Below, one piece after another: positions 14,499 to 21,374 of a DNA stretch of 32,000 nucleotides (its first letter is position 1; each line of letters opens with the position of its first letter). The DNA is from Okeania sp. (GTDB lineage Bacteria; Cyanobacteriota; Cyanobacteriia; Cyanobacteriales; Microcoleaceae): NCBI RefSeq assembly GCF_035285525.1, contig NZ_JAYKGW010000141.1, forward strand, positions 30,001 to 62,000, given 5' to 3'. The notes under the pieces were generated by a model. That model was given only the letters and a program-made list of their open reading frames with translations. It made no database searches and was not told the DNA's origin. A program made the position numbers and the translations under genes.

Positions 14499-14610
14499 TA
14501 GACATCTCCAAAAATAAAAAGTAAAATCAATTATTATCTACAAATTATCAATTCTTCTTCCCAGTTAAGCGCGGTTGTGTTCCCTGTTCCCTCTTTCCTG
14601 GAGATGTCTA
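14499..14610. repeat. Small inverted-repeat element (12-bp termini TAGACATCTCCA / TGGAGATGTCTA)
   Basis: Perfect 12-bp inverted repeats lie 88 bp apart. They enclose a TTCCCTG heptamer remnant. Confidence 0.5.
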
Positions 14611-15001
14611 GTAGTAGTGAAAAATTAATTTCCTAGTTGAGAGAGAAAATAGAAAACAGGAAGTCAAGGAGTAACAAAATATTTAATTAGTTGGGCATTG
14701 TACTTAATGATAGACATGGAAATAAATTATAAAATTTCCACTTAGGTTAAGTGACCAAAAAATTAGGATGAAAGACACACAACCATAGAAATATCAAGGA
14801 ACAATTACTCCTATTTCCCACATTCTTCACTCTGCCTATTTTTCTGTATCAAATAAATCATAATTTGAAATTGAGATAAATTATAACATCCAAGTGTCAA
14901 ACTTTTAATAAAGTAAAAAAACAAAATTTTCTTTAAATCTGGTCACTTTGACTATACAGTAAATTAAGACTATTTTTATAAAATTAGACAAAGCAAGACC
15001 A

Positions 15002-15583
15002 ATGAAAAATTTTTTCAAGCAGTCTATAGTTACACTTACGACTTTAGGGTTATTGACTTTATCTTCTATCGTTCTGGCGCAGGGTGTAAGGTTTGACAAA
15101 AAAGAAGTTGACCAATCAAGATATATTGCAATTGCTATTCCCCGCCGTTCTTTCCCACCACAATTAGTAATAATAGAGCAAAAAACAGATGAGAGGCTAT
15201 GCTGGAGTGAAAGTGGCGATCGCCCTACATTTGTGGATCTTTTGTTACTAAATTTTAATTTTACAGGTATTTGTGGACGTGCTACGGATAGTAATGGTTA
15301 TTCTATCCGAATGGCTGATACTGATCTTGCTCTTGATTATGGTTTCTCTATAGAAAATATTGGAGGGGATATGGAACTAAGAGGTGTTCCTCGTGGCAAC
15401 CCTAATGGACCAAAAATAGCAATTGGCAGAACTTATGGTTTGGCAAATGGACCTACTAAAATTATTCTTGAACCTGGATGGCGGTTTACTAAAAGAACTT
15501 TTCAGGGTAAAGAATTAGGGCATATCTATATGACTACTGACTGGTTACCAGAAGAGTTAGAATACCTTAAGCCTAAATATTAA
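15002..15583 (+). CDS. Secreted hypothetical protein that resembles the cyanobacteria-restricted DUF3747 family
   Basis: The ORF is 193 aa with an N-terminal signal peptide (MKNFFKQSIVTLTTLGLLTLSSIVLAQG). The block CWSESG..LLLNFNFTGICGRATDSNGYSIRMA matches my memory of DUF3747 proteins. The family label is unverified. Confidence 0.75.
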   Translation: MKNFFKQSIVTLTTLGLLTLSSIVLAQGVRFDKKEVDQSRYIAIAIPRRSFPPQLVIIEQKTDERLCWSESGDRPTFVDLLLLNFNFTGICGRATDSNGYSIRMADTDLALDYGFSIENIGGDMELRGVPRGNPNGPKIAIGRTYGLANGPTKIILEPGWRFTKRTFQGKELGHIYMTTDWLPEELEYLKPKY

Positions 15584-16006
15584 TATTATATTATAATAAG
15601 GGACTAACCACAAATCTAATCAAAGCGCTTAAGTCGCTTAAATGGTTAGTCCAGCCTACTTAGCAGTAAGTCAACGTCCTGATCGGTAATAATAGGTCGT
15701 ATGGGGGTGGCCAGTTCTGACCTAAGAGTGTTTGGCATTAAACAGGTAAAGAGTAGGGAGAGGGAGTAGGGAGCAGTTAAGAGTTAGGATTTAGGAGAGT
15801 TGTAGTAGAGGTGGTCATGTCCGATCCCCTGTTAGTTTTGCTGTCATAATTACCTCAAAATCCTTACTTTTTCCACTCCATTAACGAAAAATTTGGTACC
15901 TTTATGGTTCCCGATAAATCAGTTACCACATATTTTTCAAACCTTTATCTCTCAATGGTTATATATTTAATCAGCAAGCCCTAATTATCAAGATTAATGG
16001 AAATTT

Positions 16007-16039
16007 AAAAAAGCGGTTATTAAAAATAACCGCTTTTTA
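16007..16039. terminator. Perfect bidirectional intrinsic-terminator-like palindrome
   Basis: The sequence AAAAAAGCGGTTATT-AAA-AATAACCGCTTTTTT forms a 10-bp GC-containing stem flanked by an A-run and a T-run. No annotated gene ends nearby. Confidence 0.6.
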
Positions 16040-16138
16040 ATACTTCTCAACACCACTTAAAAAGGTTTATGACACAAAAATAATTAGTGTCTTAATTTAA
16101 CGATACTAGAGATTTTTAACAGAAGTAATAATCAGAAA

Positions 16139-16230
16139 GAGCATCGACGACTGGCCGTGTTTCGTCTCGATGCTCTCGCTGACTTCGCTCCTCACACCAC
16201 ACATAGTCTAACCTACTAGACTCGTTTTGT
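16139..16230 (+). ncRNA. Candidate Yfr1-like small RNA
   Basis: A 5' hairpin GAGCATCGA..TCGATGCTC spans 16139-16175. The unpaired stretch GCTCCTCACAC (core 16188-16197) matches 10 of 11 positions of the conserved Yfr1 motif ACUCCUCACAC. A 3' hairpin AGTCTA-ACCTAC-TAGACT is followed by CGTTTTGT. A TAATAAT -10-like box lies at 16126-16132. Confidence 0.45.
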
Positions 16231-16275
16231 CACTACTTTTAGGATTTTTTTTATAAATATTGAAAGTCTTAGATC

Positions 16276-16364
16276 AGGACTTACGCAAGGGTACTATATA
16301 TAGAGTTGAAAAACTATTGCACAACAGTTTTAAACGCTACATCTAGGGTCGCTGCGTAAGTCCT
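16276..16364. mobile_element. MITE-like element of the AGGACTTACGC family (full length)
   Basis: The element runs AGGACTTACGCAAGGGTACTATATATAGAG ... GCTGCGTAAGTCCT. It belongs to the same family as 136-225. Confidence 0.7.
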
Positions 16365-16380
16365 GAGATATCAAAAGTTT

Positions 16381-16510
16381 TGGGTGCATCTCAATATTTG
16401 CCAAAATACTTTTTTCCTCCATACCTATTCTCTATTCCCTCCATACCTATTTCCTGTTCCCTGTTCCCACCTTCTGTGTTCCCTGTTCCCTATGAACTGA
16501 GATAGACCCA
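16381..16510. mobile_element. MITE-like element with TGGGTGCATCTCA termini that encloses heptamer arrays
   Basis: The ends are TGGGTGCATCTCAATATTTGCCAAAATACTTTTTTCCTCCATACC and ..GAACTGAGATAGACCCA. The interior is (TTCCCTG / TATTCCC)n. Homologous copies lie at 21099-21215 (inverted) and 25209-25275 (partial). It abuts the stop codon of the hydrolase gene. Confidence 0.65.
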
Positions 16511-16515
16511 AAGTT

Positions 16516-17409
16516 TTACTGTTTGGCTAACCAATCTAAAATTAAGGAGTTAACTATTTTGGGTCTTTCGTCATGGGGACAATGACCTGTGTCTGGTATG
16601 GATTCAAATTGAAGAGCTTGGCCTTTTGCTGCTAAGTCTTGATAAATTTTGGCTCCAGATATTGGTGTCCAAGGGTCGTTTTCTCCCCAAATTACTAATA
16701 ATGGTGCTTTAATTTTGGGTAACAATTCTGAGGGGTGAGGGCCGGGAGGGGCTGTGAGAATAGAGGCGAAAACTTTTTGCGCTCCAGTATCGCAGGAGGG
16801 ACGATGGATTATTTCGACTAATTCTTCTGTGACGGCTTCTGTATTTCTATATACTTGTTTGAGGGTGTTGCGGATACGATGTTTTTGACGGACTTGGTTA
16901 AAAATAAATAGTCCTAATGCTGGGGAACTGACTAATTTGGTGAACATTCCCATGATGAATCTCAGGGGTGGGTTGAGTTCTTGGGGTCTATGGTTTAAGC
17001 CTCCGGCACAGTTGATGAGGATTCCGCCTCTGGAAATTTCTGGGTGGTCTGCTAGGAGCATTAGGCTGAGTAATCCGCCTATGGAGTTGCCAATAAATAT
17101 GGTGGGTTTTTGGATATGTTGGTTCCAAAAGTCGTATAATAATTGTTGCCAAAGTTCAAGATGATAGTTTAGGGGTGGCTTAGAAGATGCTCCGAATCCT
17201 AGTAAGTCTAGGGCGAATACTTGATAGTTGGCGGCGGCGAGGGTGGGGATATTATTACGCCAGTGGCCGATACAACCTCCGAAACCATGTATTAGGACTA
17301 GGGGTTGTCCTGTTCCCATGACGGTATATTGGATTTGGTGGTTTTTCCAAGTCCAGGTTTGTAGCTGTAGTTGATTTGCTAATGGTGGGTTAATTATGGT
17401 TTGGTTCAT
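16516..17409 (-). CDS. Alpha/beta-fold hydrolase
   Basis: The ORF is 297 aa. It contains LVLIHGFGG..HWR, the nucleophile elbow GNSIGG, and a C-terminal GHCPHDERP. This pattern is typical of the cyanobacterial and plastid alpha/beta hydrolase family. Confidence 0.9.
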   Translation of the reverse strand: MNQTIINPPLANQLQLQTWTWKNHQIQYTVMGTGQPLVLIHGFGGCIGHWRNNIPTLAAANYQVFALDLLGFGASSKPPLNYHLELWQQLLYDFWNQHIQKPTIFIGNSIGGLLSLMLLADHPEISRGGILINCAGGLNHRPQELNPPLRFIMGMFTKLVSSPALGLFIFNQVRQKHRIRNTLKQVYRNTEAVTEELVEIIHRPSCDTGAQKVFASILTAPPGPHPSELLPKIKAPLLVIWGENDPWTPISGAKIYQDLAAKGQALQFESIPDTGHCPHDERPKIVNSLILDWLAKQ

Positions 17410-17445
17410 TTTCTAAAGTTTTGTAAAGCTTTTTAATAATTATAA

Positions 17446-17475
17446 AGGAAGAAGGAAGAGGGAAGAAGGAAGAAG
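17446..17475. repeat. STRR array (GAAGGAA units)
   Basis: The array reads AGGAAGAAGGAAGAGGGAAGAAGGAAGAAG. It lies directly upstream of the hydrolase start. The same repeat type occurs at 20911-20946. Confidence 0.85.
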
Positions 17476-17610
17476 TGTAATTGATGTTTGGTATTTTAAT
17501 CTGATTAAAGTTTGGGTTTGGAGACCAAACCCCTACGAGAAAATTTGACAATATAAGCCATGATTTTTATATGGAAATAGAGATATAATCATCCTAAATA
17601 AAAATAGTAA

Positions 17611-17760
17611 TTAACTCTTAAGTTTACTAACAAATATTTGATATTCTGAAGTAGCTAATCCCTGTTGAAGTACATTTGATAATTTTATTTTCATCCAAAT
17701 AAATAGACATATACTTACTTTCATTAATTGATAATGGATTATTACCTCTCCCTAAAAGGG
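17611..17760 (-). pseudogene. 3' remnant of a Uma2-family (DUF820) endonuclease gene
   Basis: The minus strand reads ..KLSNVLQQGLATSEYQIFVSKLKS*. About 85 bp (17601-17690) is near-identical to 17953-18042, the C-terminus of the neighbouring Uma2 pseudogene. There is no start codon and the upstream reading frame is not intact. Confidence 0.6.
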
Positions 17761-17964
17761 AGAGAATTGACTAAAAAGAAAAGATTTATTTTTTTGCTCT
17801 TAAAAGGGGAGGTTTCAAGGCGCGAATTATTTAATTATTTAATTATTTAATTATTTCGGCAACTAAAAATTATAATTACAGTGTATTTAATAATTTTTTT
17901 GACGTTTAGTTATGGGATGTGTTATGACAAGCAAGATGCTTGTGTTGCTATATAAAAATAGTAA

Positions 17965-18949
17965 TTAACTGTTAAGTTTACTAACAAATATTTGATATTC
18001 TGAACTAGCTAATACCTGTTGAAGTACATTTAATACTTCGGCTAAATTTCCGTCTATTAAAGATTTAACTGATAACCATAATCCAGGAAAAACTTGACTC
18101 TTAATAATTTCATTTTCATTCATAGAAACAGAAACAGAAATATATTCCCTTTTAGATAATCGAAACTAACTTAATTATTGTTCGTAAACTTTCCAAGCTA
18201 AATATTCTTTTTCCTAATCATTCAGCTATTAGCTGTCAGCTATCAGCAATAAAAAACCTCAAGTTTAAGGACGAGATTTAAAGGAATATAGACTTTAAAA
18301 CTGGCTTTTATAGCAAATAAAATTTCTGATTGATCGGGAACCGTATAATGAAGTTTTTATCAAAAACTAAAAGCAATAGCTGACGGCTGTTTGCGCAGCA
18401 TTCCCCAGGAAATGCTGACGGTTAAATGCTTGCCTTTTATCGAAAGAAAAATTAGGTCTAAAATCTTTTGCTTTAGTAAGAGGTACTGATAACTGATAAC
18501 TGATAACTGATAACTGAAATAACTCCATTACATTGATCAACTTTTATTTATCATGTAAATCATAAGCAGCACTACTAGCAGCAACTTCAACAATTAATTC
18601 TGGCGCACCTTCTATATAATCATCCTTGCTAATTTTTGCTTGTCCTCCTAAACTTGGTTCAATAAATAGCATGGCATCTGGTTGAGGTTCATTATTTTTG
18701 TCTAAACGGGTAAGTAGCATTATCGACACCCTTAACTCCTGGAGTTCCAGCAGTATATACTCCCAACCAACAGTTAATTTGAAAATGAGGTTGTCCGTGG
18801 GCAGAAAATCTTAATGGTGAAGCCATATAAACGATTCCTTCAATAAGTTCAGCTTTTTGATGTTTTACCATAGCAAAATAGCGCTTTTCAAATTCATTTC
18901 TAGTTAAGCGATCGCCATTTTCTAAAGGTATGATTTTCGTTATGTTCAT
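17965..18949 (-). pseudogene. Uma2-family (DUF820) endonuclease, disrupted
   Basis: The N-terminal ORF (MNITKIIPLENGDRLTRNEFEKRYF..ELIEGIVYMASP) shifts frame near 18715-18720 into ..LLTRLDKNNEPQPDAMLFIE..GAPELIVEVAASSAAYDLHDK*. Homologous coding resumes, with stops, at about 18207 (EYLAWKVYEQ*) and at 18130-17965 (..IIKSQVFPGLWLSVKSLIDGNLAEVLNVLQQ..). Confidence 0.7.
18210..18520. repeat. Repeat-rich insertion that interrupts the Uma2 pseudogene
   Basis: It is bounded by CAGCTAT-type heptamers (18221-18247) and by (CTGATAA)4 at 18486-18517. The central hairpin CAGCATTCCCCAGGAAATGCTG and the GTTTGCGCAG box resemble 31005-31080. Boundaries are approximate. Confidence 0.5.
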
Positions 18950-18992
18950 GGTTTTAATAAAAGATTAAAAATCAGATACCAATCTAAACAGG

Positions 18993-19021
18993 TTGTAAAA
19001 TTTTATCCTAGGGATTAGATA
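18993..19021 (+). promoter_or_regulatory. Putative sigma-70-type promoter for the orphan gene
   Basis: The pattern is TTGTAA, 17 nt, then TAGATA. It lies about 125 nt upstream of the ATG at 19147. This is sequence pattern only. Confidence 0.3.
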
Positions 19022-19146
19022 ATACTAAGTCCCCATATAATAAAAGGTGTTAACTAATTATTTATACGCCTTTTTTAGCCAGGATTTGGTAAGATAATAG
19101 AATGATATTAAATCTCACTAAAGTAAATATAAATTGGGAGCAAGCA

Positions 19147-19689
19147 ATGGGAAGTAAATGTGATTTTACTCAGATTCAGGCTGGAGATAACCTTTCTGAA
19201 GTGCAGTATTACTCCGTGACGAAAGTGCTAGAAGATGAGTTGGAACTGACAAATGAGAGAGGGTATCCGATAACAGTAGCCAAGGATATCGTAGAAGAAG
19301 GTATGTATTCCGCCCAACAATACCAGAAAGAGGAAAAGGTAACTCGTACAGAGTTATGTGAGTTATTGGAAGGTGCAGGAGATACTGTATTTACTGTCAA
19401 CTTTCGCAAGAAAATTAAAGAAGAAGATGTCTTGGAGGCTGTTTTATCAACTCTGAAAGGACAAGAGTTAACCAGTCCACAGGTAAAAAAGCAGTTGAAA
19501 GCTGCTGTTAAGCAAGCGCTTCAAGGGGAGGAACGTACACTTGTTGGGTATCTCTTAGAGATAGAACCTAAGATGGGACGTAGCCAAGTTATCGATCTGG
19601 AGGCCAAAGGAGACTATCGCACCCGTCTCGTGGATCATCGGACTATTAACTGGCTCATTCTTAAGAATATCAAATATGTACAAAAGTAA
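19147..19689 (+). CDS. Hypothetical protein (180 aa) with no family recognised
   Basis: The reading frame is clean. GGGAG lies 6 nt upstream of the ATG at 19147, whereas the track start at 19102 has no such site. Codon usage is visibly richer in G/C-ending codons than in the neighbouring genes. The protein is charged, Lys/Glu-rich and probably soluble. Confidence 0.65.
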   Translation: MGSKCDFTQIQAGDNLSEVQYYSVTKVLEDELELTNERGYPITVAKDIVEEGMYSAQQYQKEEKVTRTELCELLEGAGDTVFTVNFRKKIKEEDVLEAVLSTLKGQELTSPQVKKQLKAAVKQALQGEERTLVGYLLEIEPKMGRSQVIDLEAKGDYRTRLVDHRTINWLILKNIKYVQK

Positions 19690-19704
19690 GGAATAAGGCT
19701 TATT

Positions 19705-19760
19705 GCTACTTGAAAATAGCGCTTTTCAAATTTCCCCCTAGTTAAGCACTATTTCATAAT
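19705..19760 (-). pseudogene. 5' fragment of another Uma2-family gene
   Basis: AAATAGCGCTTTTCAAATTTCCCCCTAGTTAAGC at 19714-19747 aligns, without gaps, with AAATAGCGCTTTTCAAATTCATTTCTAGTTAAGC at 18874-18907, which encodes the ..RLTRNEFEKRYF.. region. Four positions differ. Confidence 0.5.
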
Positions 19761-19845
19761 AAACTATTTTTTTGAAAGAAGAGAAATGTATTTTTTTCAA
19801 TTTCATACAAAAGTTTTCTAACTAAATAATTATTAATTATTAATC

Positions 19846-19910
19846 AGGACTTACGCAAAGGCACTATATATAGATTTTCGGTGCGTTACGCTGGCGCTAA
19901 CACACCTTAC
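19846..19910. mobile_element. Truncated MITE-like element of the AGGACTTACGC family
   Basis: AGGACTTACGCAAAGGCACTATATATAGATTTTCGGTGCGTTACGCTGGCGCTAACAC is present, but the right terminal repeat is missing. Confidence 0.6.
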
Positions 19911-19938
19911 TAGCTAAATAATTATTAATTATTAATTA

Positions 19939-20895
19939 TTAATTATTCATTCTATTTTCAACCATCATCCGTACAACATCTGGCATTTTATAATTTGCTT
20001 TCCATCCTAATTTTTGTTCAGCTTTAATTGGATTTGCTCTACCTACAGAAATATCAGTAGGGCGATATAAATTCTCATCTACTTCTACATAATTTTCCCA
20101 ATTTAATCCTACAGAATTAAAAGCTTCAATGACAAAATTTTGCAAAGGATAGGTTTCTCCAGTAGCAATTACATAATCATCTGGTTCATCTTGCTGCAAC
20201 ATTAAATACATTGCTTCTACATATTCTGGCGCCCACCCCCAATCTCTTTGTACTGAAATATTTCCTAAGTTTAATTTCTCATTACTACCTTGAGCTATTT
20301 GACAAACAACTGAGACTATTTTTTGGGTTACAAAACGTTGAGGTCGGAGAGGAGATTCATGGTTAAATAAAATTCCAGAACAAGCAAATAAATTATAAGC
20401 TTCTCGATAATTTGCTACTTCCCAAAAAGCCGCAGATTTAGCAACAGCGTAAGGACTTCTAGGGCGAAATGGAGTAGTTTCTGTAGCAGGTTCGCCTTTT
20501 GTATCGCCAAAACATTCACTAGAACTAGCATTATATAATTTGATTTTGGCTCCAGTAAAACGAATTGCTTCTAATAAGTTTAAGGTACCAGTGGCGATAC
20601 TTTCTAATGTTTCTACAGGTTGTTGAAAAGATAAGCCTACGGAACTTTGACCAGCTAAATTATAGACTTCATCTGGTTGATATTTTGTTAATATTTGTAA
20701 GACGCTTCTAAAGTCATTTAAAGACATGGAGTCTAACTTTATATTATCACGAATACCTAAACGAGATAGGTTGTTAAAGGTAGACATTTGAGCATCTCTG
20801 GAGGTGCCACAAACGTTGTAATTTTTTTCTAGTAATAATTTGGCTAAGTAGGAACCGTCTTGACCAGAAATTCCGGAAATTAATGCTGTTTTCAT
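19939..20895 (-). CDS. gmd: GDP-mannose 4,6-dehydratase (short form of about 320 aa)
   Basis: The translation contains ALISGISGQDGSYLAKLLLEKNY, EVYNLAGQSSVGLSF, YNASSSECFG, PRSPYAVAK, ILFNHESPLR, RDWGWAPEYVEAM and DDYVIATGE. These are the SDR extended-family Gmd motifs, and the protein resembles the Pseudomonas-type short Gmd. Confidence 0.88.
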   Translation of the reverse strand: MKTALISGISGQDGSYLAKLLLEKNYNVCGTSRDAQMSTFNNLSRLGIRDNIKLDSMSLNDFRSVLQILTKYQPDEVYNLAGQSSVGLSFQQPVETLESIATGTLNLLEAIRFTGAKIKLYNASSSECFGDTKGEPATETTPFRPRSPYAVAKSAAFWEVANYREAYNLFACSGILFNHESPLRPQRFVTQKIVSVVCQIAQGSNEKLNLGNISVQRDWGWAPEYVEAMYLMLQQDEPDDYVIATGETYPLQNFVIEAFNSVGLNWENYVEVDENLYRPTDISVGRANPIKAEQKLGWKANYKMPDVVRMMVENRMNN

Positions 20896-20910
20896 AGTTT
20901 TTAAGGAATT

Positions 20911-20946
20911 AAGAAGGAAGAAGGAAGAAGGAAGAAGGAAGAAGAA
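20911..20946. repeat. STRR array (GAAGGAA x about 5)
   Basis: The array reads AAGAAGGAAGAAGGAAGAAGGAAGAAGGAAGAAGAA. It lies just upstream of the gmd start. Confidence 0.9.
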
Positions 20947-21098
20947 ATTAAATAAATTAATCTATAAAATCAATACAGTTCAGTTAAGGATTTTTTTTGG
21001 CAGTTCTATAATTTTAATAACTACTCTATCTAGCGGTTCCATCCTATAAAAGTTTTGGTATTATGTGAATCGTATTGAATTATAAGGGATAATTTTAT

Positions 21099-21215
21099 TG
21101 GGTGTATCTCAATTTTGAATAAAACCAACAATTTATCGCTTTTAGGGAATAGGGAATAGGGAATAGGGAATAGGTATGGAGGAAAAAAGTCTTTTGGCAA
21201 ATAATTGAGATGCAC
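21099..21215. mobile_element. MITE-like element of the TGGGTGCATCTCA family (inverted copy) enclosing (GGGAATA)4
   Basis: The ends are TGGGTGTATCTCAATTTT and AATAATTGAGATGCACAC. The internal GGGAATAGGGAATAGGGAATAGGGAATAGGTATGGAGGAAAAAAGT is the reverse complement of 16405-16440. Confidence 0.7.
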
Positions 21216-21374
21216 ACATTTTATTAATGGATAATGAATAATAAATAATAAATAATTACTTCTGGTTAAAACCATTGGATGGAATCTACTGCGGAAATCT
21301 TATTTTTTTCTCTTTCAAAGAAGAGATTTTAAATGCCTGGAGGTTAATTATTAATTATCTATTATCTTATTATA

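Noticed and set aside
14905-15099. 64-aa minus-strand ORF overlapping the start of the DUF3747-like gene
   Set aside because: It overlaps a better supported signal-peptide-bearing CDS on the other strand. It lies in very AT-rich sequence and has no ribosome-binding site.
16937-17164. 75-aa plus-strand ORF inside the alpha/beta hydrolase gene
   Set aside because: It is an antisense shadow ORF.
19102-19409. The upstream start at 19102 for the orphan gene, and the antisense ORF 19209-19409
   Set aside because: The ATG at 19147 has a GGGAG site at the proper spacing, while 19102 has none and adds MILNLTKVNINWEQA from AT-rich leader sequence. The antisense ORF is a shadow.
21030-21275. 81-aa minus-strand ORF between gmd and the FkbM fusion gene
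   Set aside because: It is translated through a MITE-like element and its (GGGAATA)n heptamer array, which gives the repetitive FPIPYSLFP. It is not a credible protein.
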